Source: Anthoceros angustus (taxonomy: Eukaryota; Plantae; Anthocerotophyta). From it: a DNA stretch of 64,000 nucleotides. The stretch's first letter is position 1; each line of letters begins with the position of its first letter. Below, piece by piece: positions 1 through 10,955 of this stretch. The stretch lies in the NCBI GenBank assembly GCA_010909165.1, contig MU008173.1:1276883-1340882 (forward strand), read 5' to 3'. A program made the position numbers and the translations under genes. Below the pieces are notes generated by a model, which saw only the letters and a program-made list of their open reading frames with translations, was not told the DNA's origin and made no database searches.

Positions 1-2805
1 GGCCTCAGGTCCATGCAAAGCTGCGTATCTGTTGGCTGCACCAGGTCTGTCTTGGTCGTTGGAGAGGGATCACAACATTGGTGCCTGACACGCTTGCTTG
101 GTTGGATACAGTTCAAAAGTCAAGGCGTGACCGATACTGCGGTTGTGAAGATGAGCCCGTTGGAAGTCGGCAACAGAGTAATGGATGATGTTCGGCTCCC
201 AAACCTTGCCTAGGCTGGTCGAGTTAGTCTATCCCAAGTTCTACCCTTGTGTATCAATCTCGAAAACATATGGTCTCACACCTGCAGGCTTTTTGGTGAT
301 CAAGTGACTTCGTGAGTACGTCTTGCTACCGATGCTGCTAAATTCTGAAATGACAGGGAAACTCATTGACACTTCTATCCAAAATGGACGAGCTATAGAA
401 TGTCGGGTGAGAATGATAAGTCCGGTCTATGTGAGCCCACCAACTGCTCAAACCATCTAATACGCTCCATATTCCCAGGAAGGCTTAGGAAGCTCTCTTA
501 TAGTGCAGTACGTAATTCTGGACAATGAAAGGAGCCATATATTGTGTATGAAAAGTTAGCATAGAAGCTGGGCACTGAGCTATTTGTCCAGCTTAACTTC
601 AAACGGATGCAATAATGATATCTAATTCAAGAACAACAGACTTAAGCTCACTCTAGCTGGCGTTGAGACAAGAACACCTTGATATGGATCAAGGCTCTGA
701 AGAAAGTAATCAAATTCATTTATAAAAATATTAATTATTTATCAATTTGAATAATAGCTCTGCAGAAAGTGCTGGCTAAATCCTGTTTATAGGACGGCTA
801 CGTGCATAGGACTAACCAAATGGACACACATTTATAAGAATGCCGTGATAAAGCGTCCTGAGCCAAATGGACACACATTTAAAATGGACACACATTTATA
901 AGAACGCCGTGATTAAGCATCCTGAGCTTGGATCGGTACTTAGATGGGGTGCCTAAAGGGAGTGGATGTTCTTGGTGCAAGTAGCTTAGGCACACCATGG
1001 TACAAGTTGTTAAGTACCAAGTCCCATGATGGAAATCCGTCCTTAGTGGACTTAAATAAAATTCTTCTTCTCTTCTTCTTCTTTTTGGGTTGTTCCTCCT
1101 CGGACTTCAGGGGTAGATGGGAAATTTCTTCTCTTCTTCTTCTTTTTGGGTTGTTCCTCCTCGGACTTCAGGGGTAGATGGGATTTCCCATCTCATCTAT
1201 GAATAACGTCTACTCTATTCTTTTTCATCTGAATAATAATAATTTTTATATGTATTAATTATACCCTGCCGGAAATATAACACCAAGATCCTTTCCAAAA
1301 TTGAGGGGCGTGAGATTGTTGTGAGAGATTCGCACCGCGTTCACCATTTCAGGGATGGGGTTTGCTCATGTGAAGATTCTCGTTGACAAAGTTTGAAGTA
1401 TTACAGACATCATCCGTGCATTGGAACGATGGGCGTCCGGCCTAATAGGTCTGACATCGTGTTCTCATCTTTGGGCACGTACTTGCGGCTGTTGTGGTGA
1501 GTGTCGGCAACCTCCAGGTAGTACTTACTTTGCAATCAGATAGCTGGCCTCAGGTCCATGCAAAGCTGCGTATCTGTTGGCTGCACCAGGTCTGTCTTGG
1601 TCGTTGGAGAGGGATCACAACATTGGTGCCTGACACGCTTGCTTGGTTGGATACAGTTCAAAAGTCAAGGCGTGACCGATACTGCGGTTGTGAAGATGAG
1701 CCCGTTGGAAGTCGGCAACAGAGTAATGGATGATGTTCGGCTCCCAAACCTTGCCTAGGCTGGTCGAGTTAGTCTATCCCAAGTTCTACCCTTGTGTATC
1801 AATCTCGAAAACATATGGTCTCACACCTGCAGGCTTTTTGGTGATCAAGTGACTTCGTGAGTACGTCTTGCTACCGATGCTGCTAAATTCTGAAATGACA
1901 GGGAAACTCATTGACACTTCTATCCAAATGGACGAGCTATAGAATGTCGGGTGAGAATGATAAGTCCGGTCTATGTGAGCCCACCAACTGCTCAAACCAT
2001 CTAATACGCTCCATATTCCCAGGAAGGCTTAGGAAGCTCTCTTATAGTGCAGTACGTAATTCTGGACAATGAAAGGAGCCATATATTGTATGAAAGTTAG
2101 CATAGAAGCTGGGCACTGAGCTATTTGTCCAGCAACTTCAAACGGATGCAATAATGATATCTAATTCAAGAACAACAGACTTAAGCTCACTCTAGCTGGC
2201 GTTGAGACAAGAACACCTTGATATGGATCAAGGCTCTGAAGAAAGTAATCAAATTCATTTATAAAAATATTAATTATTTATCAATTTGAATAATAGCTCT
2301 GCAGAAAGTGCTGGCTAAATCCTGTTTATAGGACTACGTGCATAGGACTAACAAATGGACACACATTTATAAGAATGCCGTGATAAAGCGTCCTGAGCCA
2401 AATGGACACACATTTAAAATGGACACACATTTATAAGAACGCCGTGATTAAGCATCCGAGCTTGGATCTTTAGATGGGGTGCCTAAAGGAGTGGATGTTC
2501 TTGGTGCAAGTAGCTTAGGCACACCATGGTACAAGTTGTTAAGTACCAAGTCCCATGATGGAAATCAAGTCCTTAGTGGACTTAAATAAAATTCTTCTTC
2601 TTCTTCTTCTTTTTGGGTTGTTCCTCCTGGACTAGGGGTAGATGGAAATTCTTCTCTTCTTCTTTTTGGGTTGTTCCTCCTCGGACTTCAGGGGTAGATG
2701 GGATTTCCCATCTCATCTATGAATAACGTCTACTCTATTCTTTTTCATCTGAATAATAATAATTTTTATATGTATTAATTATACCCTGCCGGAAATATAA
2801 CACCA
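1..2805. repeat. Tandem direct repeat, period ~1.52-1.55 kb (copy 1 = 1-1285, cut by window start; copy 2 = 1546-2805)
   Basis: Near-identical sequence at offset 1545 (identical 66-aa ORFs at 13 and 1558). Identity ends at ...GGAAATATAACACCA (1285/2805). Copies differ mainly by 1-3 bp indels. Each copy has internal sub-repeats (AAATGGACACACATTT x3; ~60-bp CTT-rich duplication). Confidence 0.95.
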
Positions 2806-3897
2806 GCATCGCTGCACCGGCCATTTTATAGCCTGGTTTGTTGGGGGTGTACGAACAAACTTATGCTTTTTTGGCTGAGTATGATATTTATGTACTTGTG
2901 ATTTCGATATAGGGTTTCTTTTGATTCTATTGGTGTAGAACTTTTGGGTATTCTATCTTCGGTTGCATTCCTCTTGGTGACTATATGCAATCCGATACTT
3001 TACAAGCATATGGTTTCTTTTAAGGTGCATCGGACGAGTTTAGGCTATGCTGACAGGGTGTAATTTTTAAGTACATGTGATTTCGACATAGAGTTTGTTG
3101 GTGTGGGTTGCATATTTTATCTTTCATTCATGTATGTCGGCCACATTTTCCTTCACAGCAATTGCACGGCCATGCTTCCCTTCACAATAGTTGCTACCAT
3201 ACAAAAACTACAAGGCATAATCTCATTCTCGTAGAACACTTGTTTATCTATTTAGTAGACTATCTTTGTAATTCAAGAATAAACTATCAAGTTATCTTAA
3301 GTACATAATATATAAATGAATGTACACAAATCTATATGTTTGAACAATATCTTCACATTGGAGAAGTATATACCTTGGATTTAGCATTTTTGCAATTTGG
3401 TTCTCGAGATATGGCATTCTTGCAGTCTATATATGTCGTTTCAGTGACGCATTTATTTATGATCTCAGATAGTCTGCGAAGAATCACCTATTTGCTATTT
3501 GACATAAATAGTGCAATGCGAAGTGTTTAAAATCTGGTATGTAAAATTTTTGGCAGATTGTTACAATAGTTTGACACTTGGTACAAACTATAGATCTAAC
3601 TTGATAAGAATTTGAATGCAAACATGAATTAGTTCATTCCTCACAGAAAGAAGGAAAAACACCTAAAATCGAACTGGACCCGCCGTGAATCAACCTTCTG
3701 ATCTGGAGTCAGGTATCGAACGCGCAGCCTTCTGATTTGGAGTGAGATATCGAACACGCAGCCTTCTAACTTGCATGGTACATAGTGTTCTTTTTTACAA
3801 TATGTATAGGATACATAGTAAATTTTCTATATGGTCACATTTGATAAAGTCATGTTCTTACAGTTACAGTTTTTATGGGCAGCAATCTTGTACTAAA

Positions 3898-5613
3898 ATG
3901 GATATAATTTCATCGCAAAGTTTAAGGACCGTACATGATTCGATCGATAAGAATATTGGTGAAGGAAGAGGTACATCATATATTGTACCTCCAAAATACT
4001 ATTTAAATAACCATGAGTATGAAAGTCATAAGATGCAAGATACAAACTTTGAAGAGAATGATAATGCTCTCCAAGAAGGAGAGTGGAGTACATATTTGAA
4101 CTTATCAGCTCCATTGCCTTCTGAAGAAGAGCATAATGATGTGGATTTGGTGCTCGAATCATCGCCTCCATTTTCATCTTCCAATATCTTTGGTAATTCA
4201 GGACAAGACATGGTAGAGGATGTACCTGCATATTCTAACACTTCTTTCTTGTCACAGCTTGATGACAATCTATTTCTTGTTCTTTTTTTTGGACAAGGAG
4301 ATGAACAACTATATCAATGCAAGGAAGCAGATGTAGGAGAATATAACTCTCCACTACCATACATTCATACAACTTTAGAAGAAAGGGATCATGGTCAATT
4401 CGCAAATGCTGCACTTGCAGAGGGAGATTTCACCACAACTACGTCATTACAATGTCATGAAGAGGTATCAGTTTATAATAATTGCCTAATAGAGGAAATG
4501 TGTCCTGATGTTTCATACATGAATCTTCAACCTTCATACTCGGAAATAAGATGTGCTGATGGCTTGGGAATGGTAGCTTCAAACATGCAAGAATCGCAGA
4601 TGAGTACATCAAAGGAAATGAGTTCTAACAACTATGACAAAGAATCTTCTTCTTATAATGCATCATATGAAATGTCTCAAGACTTGATTATAGTTGAAAT
4701 GCTATCCAAAATTATGAGCACTCTTGAAGCTTGGACATTACTTGGATATTCTATGAAAAATAATGAAGGAGATTTTTTGAAGACATGTCCTACAAAGGAA
4801 GACCTTGAAAACATGGTAAAATTTGGCCAAGCAAGAGTTGGTCACTCTTCACGATCGAAAGCTGATTTTCATGGGGTGACGCAGCACAAAAAAACAAAAA
4901 TTTATGATGGTCAAATTTGGATTAACGAAGCACATATGACAACCGATCCAAACGAAAAAAATACTCTTGATGCACAAAGGAATATGGATGAGAAGGCTAC
5001 AAGTATCAATTTGACCACTAAAACTCGCAAAAGGGAAAAAAAAGGAAGACAAATATATTTGGGAGGGTCCAAAAACAATCCGATTTGGGTTGCACAACAA
5101 GTGGATAGAATGAAGCTAAAGATGTATCTTTGTGGGCTCTCATCCGGGCATGTAATAGATTTCAATTTTGCGCCCGTAACGTATCTGGCAGATATGTGTC
5201 ACCCTGATGTGCAAGCCATAACCAATTGGATGGACTATCGCACGTACCTACTATCACAGGATACAGATATCTTTCTAGAAAACAAAAGAAAGCTAGACGG
5301 ACTTATTGGTGTTTATACCAGGGTGAATGAAGTACCAGCTTCGTATTATACATACGTCCATGTAGATGGTAGAAATGGGAAAAGAGAGGTAATAGGAAAC
5401 TTTAATACAGGTATTGAGGCAGCTATAGCTTACGATTGTAACATCATAGCCCGAGGATATTTCATGGATAAAAAACTTTTTTTGAGGCGTTTAAACTTTC
5501 CACTGAGAAACTATCCAAGAGAGATAGAGAGTTATATTATTTTAAAACTAAACGGAAAACAACCTCTAGGAACTTCAGAAATAGAGGATCAATATGCCTC
5601 ATCCTCATCCTAG
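3898..5613 (+). CDS. Intronless, AT-rich, divergent double-AP2-domain protein (ANT/WRI-like lineage)
   Basis: Single ORF (first plausible ATG 3898). R1-like FHGVTQHKKTKIYDGQIW...KKGRQIYLGG...FNF (cf. YRGVTRHRWTGRYEAHLW...KGRQVYLGG). R2-like GLIGVY...IGNFNTGIEAAIAYD...LNFPLRNY (cf. LGTF.T.EEAA.AYD...NF). Long acidic/Ser-rich N-terminus. Confidence 0.75.
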   Translation: MDIISSQSLRTVHDSIDKNIGEGRGTSYIVPPKYYLNNHEYESHKMQDTNFEENDNALQEGEWSTYLNLSAPLPSEEEHNDVDLVLESSPPFSSSNIFGNSGQDMVEDVPAYSNTSFLSQLDDNLFLVLFFGQGDEQLYQCKEADVGEYNSPLPYIHTTLEERDHGQFANAALAEGDFTTTTSLQCHEEVSVYNNCLIEEMCPDVSYMNLQPSYSEIRCADGLGMVASNMQESQMSTSKEMSSNNYDKESSSYNASYEMSQDLIIVEMLSKIMSTLEAWTLLGYSMKNNEGDFLKTCPTKEDLENMVKFGQARVGHSSRSKADFHGVTQHKKTKIYDGQIWINEAHMTTDPNEKNTLDAQRNMDEKATSINLTTKTRKREKKGRQIYLGGSKNNPIWVAQQVDRMKLKMYLCGLSSGHVIDFNFAPVTYLADMCHPDVQAITNWMDYRTYLLSQDTDIFLENKRKLDGLIGVYTRVNEVPASYYTYVHVDGRNGKREVIGNFNTGIEAAIAYDCNIIARGYFMDKKLFLRRLNFPLRNYPREIESYIILKLNGKQPLGTSEIEDQYASSSS

Positions 5614-6420
5614 GATTGGTCTTATGTATATTAAACATATACAAACTGTGTCCGTACTGAGGCGATAAGGTATTAAAGGTTGAAAAGCTTTTCGGTTACT
5701 AGTGTTAAAGGTTAAGAAAAGCTCTCGCTGCTCCTATACTAGACTTTTAGACAGTTAGCTCTCTCTTTGATGTTTGTTGGTCTTCAATTGGCCTCATTTT
5801 TTGTAATATTTGTATTTTTGTTCACAAAAAAAAAAAAGCTTTATGTTTCTTGGTGTTAAAGGTTGAAAACCTCTCAACTTTTGGTGTTTGAGCAAATGAA
5901 AGCTCTGGTGCTAAGAAATTAGATTATCCCTTTGCATGGAAACAGTTTCTAGGTCGTGTGTGACGACGCATATCCCTCCTTCCACTCCTTTCTTTACCCG
6001 TAGAGGCAAGTTTCCACTTTAGGTGTGAAACCATGTGCTGGTGATGGAGAACCGTGTGGTATACATTAGGTTGCATCATCGGGAGACTATATCTCCGTGG
6101 AGAGAGTCCACATATATGAAACATGGATATACTCGCTGTGGATCGCACAACTGACATCTGATACTGATGGTTGACTCCTCTCAAGGGATACCATCTGGTT
6201 GGGTGGACTAGACAACGAAACGAGTTTGAAAGCGTCCAAGTTCAAATGTACAATGAAGTGCAATATTGGATTCATACTAGCCAGCCGAAACTTAGCTAGC
6301 TGTTTGGTGACTCCACTCCCATTGTACATAACAAGAAAAGTTTAGGGAATGCAACAATATACCAAGAGAAATTATCGGAACTAAACTTATGTTTGACCAA
6401 AAGTATTGCATCAACCTATC

Positions 6421-6526
6421 ATTCTAACACCACGACTGATATTCATTATAATTCCATTCTAACACCACGACTGATATTTATTCTAATTCCATTCTAACAC
6501 CACGACTGATATTCATTCTAATTCCA
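6421..6526. repeat. 35-bp minisatellite, 3 copies
   Basis: ATTCTAACACCACGACTGATATT(C/T)ATT(A/C)TAATTCC at 6421, 6456 and 6491. Confidence 0.9.
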
Positions 6527-6950
6527 ATCGCTTCTCCTCATGAGGCTTGGAAGTAGGAACAGTGGTGAATGAATACAGCTCTTGAATAAAGCTTTGGCAT
6601 AGATTTGCTTTCTCTTAAGTAAAAATTGTAGACTTTGCACCTCATTTCGTTGTTAATCATTGCGTGCTCGTGGTTCTGGAAAAGAATGGGAATTAAATAT
6701 CTTAATAAATAAAAGGTTTTTGTGTCGAAACCTACATGAATGAAACGCCTGAAAAATGGTCCCGAGAGTTTGTGTGAAACTCTAGCTTTATTTTCACGGA
6801 ATGCCCTAAGAGCGAGTTAAGTTCGACTTGTATGTGAGAAAACGATGGCGGGAACGGTACGAAGCTGAGGCATAAGGAGAACTTGAGTAGACCTGCTAGT
6901 AGATTGTGTTGAGCCCGCTGTCGTTGCAGTCCTCCCCAAAGGACTTCAAG

Positions 6951-9205
6951 ATGTTGTGGGTGGATAAGTACCGTCCTACAAAGCTGGACAAGGTGCAGGT
7001 TCATGTAGATGAAGCGCAGCATCTGAAAAAATTGGTAAGCTCTCGAGCTTCACAATTCCAATTTTGCAGCCCCGGCTTTGGGATTTCTTCTTCAGAAGAC
7101 CTGTTACTTGTTTGCAAGGGGATGGGGATCTGCAGCTGAAGCCCAACGACGTCGTGTAAATACTCAACTTGGATTGCATTGCAGATTGCGGAGGGGGACT
7201 GTCCGCACCTATTGTTCTATGGGCCTTCAGGAGCTGGCAAGAAAACACTTATCATGGCTTTGCTGAGGCAGATGTACGGCCCTGGTGCTGATAAGGTCTT
7301 GCGCGGCTTGCTCATGCATTGTCTTAGTTTTCCAGCAGGTTGTTTTGGAGATCCATGCATTGGCAGGTAGGACATAAGCAAAAGTTTGACGGCATGCGTC
7401 GGCGCGTGCAGGTGAAAGTGGAGAACAAGGGCTGGAAAATTGAGGTACTGCAGTTTCGCCATAGCCTTACTGATGTGATATACGTGTTTTTTTTTGGAAT
7501 TTGGGATGTGTCGTTGGCATGTTGTCTGATGAGTGTCTTTGGTTTTGTAAGGTTGGGGCGAGGAAAATCGAAATTGAGTTGACAACTGTGTCCAGCAACT
7601 ATCATGTGGAGCTGAATCCCAGCGATGCAGGCTTTCAAGATAGATATGTGGTTCAGGAGATTATCAAGGAGATGGCTAAAAGCAGACCCATCGATGTGAC
7701 TGGTCACAAGAGCTTCAAAGGTTTGTGTGCTTGTTTTAGCCCTTTTTCAGTACAAAATGTATGCATACTCCATTTCTTGAACATGAAGCAGTACTATTGC
7801 CATAAATGGTCACTGCGGACATTTTGCTGAAACCGAACGTGTGAATGGCAGTCCTTGTCCTCAACGAGGTTGACAGACTTTCAAAGGAAGCTCAGCACTC
7901 GCTTCGCCGGACTATGGAAAAGTACAGCTCTGCGTGCAGGTTGATTCTGTGCTGCAACAGCCCATCCAAAGTCATTGAGGCTGTGAGGTCCCGGTGTCTA
8001 AACATCCGCATCAGTGCACCCTCCGAGGCTGAGGTGAACCATTTTTCTCTAAGACAAAGTCGGTGTGAGTGTGTAATCAGTTTGTCATGGAAGGCCTCAT
8101 TGTTAACAACCTACGGCTTAAGAAATGTAGTCACTTGAGTTGTGATGGATTCTCAGTTACCACTCTTTGGTGCAGATTGTCAAGGTCCTGCAATTTGTAG
8201 CCAAGAAGGAGAATTTGATTCTTCCTGATGCTTTTGCTGCACGCATTGCTTCTGTTTCAAATAGAAACTTGCGGCGGGCCATTCTTTCTCTTGAAGCTTC
8301 CAAAGTGCAGAGGTATGTGTTTTATTTATTGAGATTCATCATCCAATCAACCCTGGGCTCCATTCTGTGGAGTCCTTCAAGTTGCTGTCCTATCAGTTTA
8401 GATTTATAGTCGTCTCTAGGTCAGAACTTGAATTCCCCTGCAGGTGGTAAGGTTCTCAACCCATTTGCTTCACAGATATCCGTTTACAGAAGACCAGGAG
8501 GTTCAAACAACGGACTGGGAACTCTATGTGGCCCAGATTGCAAATGACATCATAACTGAGCAGAGTCCGAAAAGGTTCATGCCCCACTCGTTTCTGTCAT
8601 AATTTTTGGGCTTTATGTGAGCATTTCTCGTTTCTCACTCGACAGTGGTTCATAGGTTGTTCACAGTGCGGGGAAAGCTCTACGACCTCCTCATCAACTG
8701 CATACCGCCTGAAGTTGTTCTCAAGGTTTGCTCAACTTCAGTCCCCATTTCCTTTCTCCTACTCCATGCTGATAGCGTCTAAGATCAAGCATCACGCAGA
8801 GGCTGTTGTTGGAGTTGATGAAGAAACTGGACTCTGAGCTCAAGCATGAGGTCTGTCATTGGGCGGCTTACTATGTAAGTACTTAGCATCCGCGCACCTT
8901 ACGTAAGCCGTGCACTCTCTCTAAGTTCGTTAACTAACAGCTCATTTTCCTGATTGTATTATTCACCTGCGTCCTTGTGTTACCTAACAGGAGCACCACA
9001 TGCAGCTGGGGCAAAAGCCCATATTCCACATCGAGGGTATGTCTACAGTCTTTTGGAATTCTCTTATTGTCATGATTTCTCACTGTGGATCTGAGCCAGC
9101 CTGTGGCGACGCTGGGTCTGAAGTACTTGCGTTGGTGGTTGTGCAGCTTTTGTGGCCAAGTTTATGAGTATCTACAAGCGTTTCCTTATTTCAACCCTTG
9201 GGTAG
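6951..9205 (+). CDS. RFC3: Replication factor C subunit 3 (38-kDa subunit; yeast Rfc5 orthologue), 11 exons
   Basis: Exons 6951-7034, 7185-7295, 7412-7444, 7552-7720, 7852-8033, 8176-8312, 8476-8574, 8656-8725, 8800-8874, 8991-9036, 9147-9205, all GT-AG and phase-compatible. Motifs MLWVDKYRP, PHLLFYGPSGAGKKT (Walker A), VLNEVD, SRC, HWAAYYEH, KFMSIYK. Confidence 0.97.
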
Positions 9206-9695
9206 ATCCTTGTGAGAGAGTGTACATTGCATCGACACCAGCTGGATGCAATCAATCAAGCACTTGTCATCGGCTGTACTGTGTATCATAGCGCATAGTA
9301 TCCACCCTGAAGCCTCGATTGCGGCAAGAATGCCGTGTGGGTCACTTCCATTCCTCCGATTCCTTTTCTTTTCAATCGCAGCCGGTGATTACAAAGGTAA
9401 GAAACATCCTTTAGTGTGCCGTGTTAGGAGGGGGCAGGAGTTGGAGGTGTCGGCGCTGTCCATCTGATTCGCGCACGCTTGTCCCGGGTAGTAAGTTAGG
9501 CTTTTACAGCCTTATTGTTGCAAGGTGTCGTCACTGTCATTTGATCTGACTGGCGCACGCGTCTCCTGAGCAGTAGGTGAGGCCTTCCTTTGCAGCATTG
9601 TTGCTGAAAGGCAAGAGCTTAACCTACTGGCCAGGAGACGGGTGTAGCATCGGGCTTTGCGAAAGCAAGAATGTTTGAAGAGCAACAGTAGTCAG

Positions 9696-10955
9696 TCAAG
9701 GCGCCACCAGCCTCTGCGCCCACTCACCACCGAACGGCACTCGGATCCTTCCTCCCCACTCAACTTCAAACAAAGTCTCAATGGTTCCACCGAACATCCA
9801 CTGCAGCTCCTCCTCGCTGAACAAGCCGTCCTGAGCGGACAAAATGGCCCACGCCTTTCCATAACCACACGCCGGTTCCACGAACGGGAAGTCGGTGCCC
9901 CACATCACCCTCTGCGCTCCGAACACATCCAACAGCTTCCGCAGAAGCGGCCATGTGTCCCGATACGGAAACTCGTCCCTGGAAACCCTAAAGAAGGCGC
10001 TGGCCTTGACGTAGAGCTGCGGAAACCTAGCGAGCCCGAGGAGCCGGCTCCAGGCCTCCTCCTCCGCGACGTCCGAGGGAGGCTTGCAGAAACCTAGATG
10101 ATCCAGCAGCACAGGTGTGGCAGGGAACTGGGAGCACAGCTCCTCGATCTCGTCCACATGCAGCATGAGGCCCTTGAAGCACATGAAGCCGACGGGGATT
10201 CCCAGCTCCCCGGCTTTGGCGAAGAGCGCCTTTCCCACGGCGTCCGTCATCTTGCGGCCGTCCGGCCACAGGTAGGGATTGAACCTGACGGCCCGGAATC
10301 CGTCCTCCTCCACCAGCCGCTGCAGCTCCTCCACTCCGACCAGCCCCGCGTGGATCCGCCAGGCAGCAGCCGACCAGCGTCTGCGGGTACCGCCGCAAGA
10401 TGGCGGACAGGTAGGAGTGGTCGAAGCCGTGGTTGATCGGCTGCACCACCAGCGCCCCGTCCACCCCGCGTCCGCCATGGCCGCCAGCAGCAGGTCCGCT
10501 CCCGCCGGGATGGTCGGCTGCTGGCCCGGCGCGTAGGGGAAGCGCGCCGCCTCCTCCGCGGGGGCCCAGACGTGCACATGCGCGTCGATCTTCCTGGCGT
10601 CCGGCAGAGCCGGCGGCCCCTTCATGGCTCCCTTCCCCCGCCCCCGCCTGAGCAGGAACAGTGTGGCCCCAGCGGACAGCGCCAGCAGCAGCCGCACCGG
10701 CAGCGTGTTCTTGGTCAAGCGCAGCGGCTGTAGCTCCTTCCCGGATGGATTCGCAAATCCCGGCGGCGCTGCCTGCAGCGACTCGGATTCGCCTCCCCCT
10801 CCCTGCTGCAATGCTGCGCTCACCTTCAGCCGCCTACAGCTCGCAACGCTATCCCTCCAGCGCCTCGCCTGGTGCTGTTCTCGGACTGAGAAACACGGCG
10901 GCCCCAACACCGCCTGCCGCCCGATCGTGACGCTCAACCCTAGCGCCATTTTCAT
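9696..10955 (-). CDS. Amidohydrolase_2-family metallohydrolase with transit-peptide-like N-terminus, intronless; two compensating apparent frameshifts
   Basis: IDAHVHVW, GFRAVRFNP, LLDHLG and RVMWGTDFPF motifs. The segment VDGALVVQPINHGFDHSY...CCLADP lies in another frame (~10465-10350), bounded by G-homopolymer runs (-1 and -2 nt), consistent with sequencing error. Confidence 0.88.
   Translation of the reverse strand: MKMALGLSVTIGRQAVLGPPCFSVREQHQARRWRDSVASCRRLKVSAALQQGGGGESESLQAAPPGFANPSGKELQPLRLTKNTLPVRLLLALSAGATLFLLRRGRGKGAMKGPPALPDARKIDAHVHVWAPAEEAARFPYAPGQQPTIPAGADLLLAAMADAGWTGRWWCSRSTTASTTPTCPPSCGGTRRRWSAAAWRIHAGLVGVEELQRLVEEDGFRAVRFNPYLWPDGRKMTDAVGKALFAKAGELGIPVGFMCFKGLMLHVDEIEELCSQFPATPVLLDHLGFCKPPSDVAEEEAWSRLLGLARFPQLYVKASAFFRVSRDEFPYRDTWPLLRKLLDVFGAQRVMWGTDFPFVEPACGYGKAWAILSAQDGLFSEEELQWMFGGTIETLFEVEWGGRIRVPFGGEWAQRLVAP

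Noticed and set aside
5924-6330. Minus-strand PCFIYVDSLHG, reminiscent of an Ulp1 motif
   Set aside because: Single short motif among stops; the other catalytic residues were not found.
9696-10955. Amidohydrolase as pseudogene or programmed frameshift
   Set aside because: Both shifts fall in G-homopolymers and compensate each other; sequencing error is more parsimonious.
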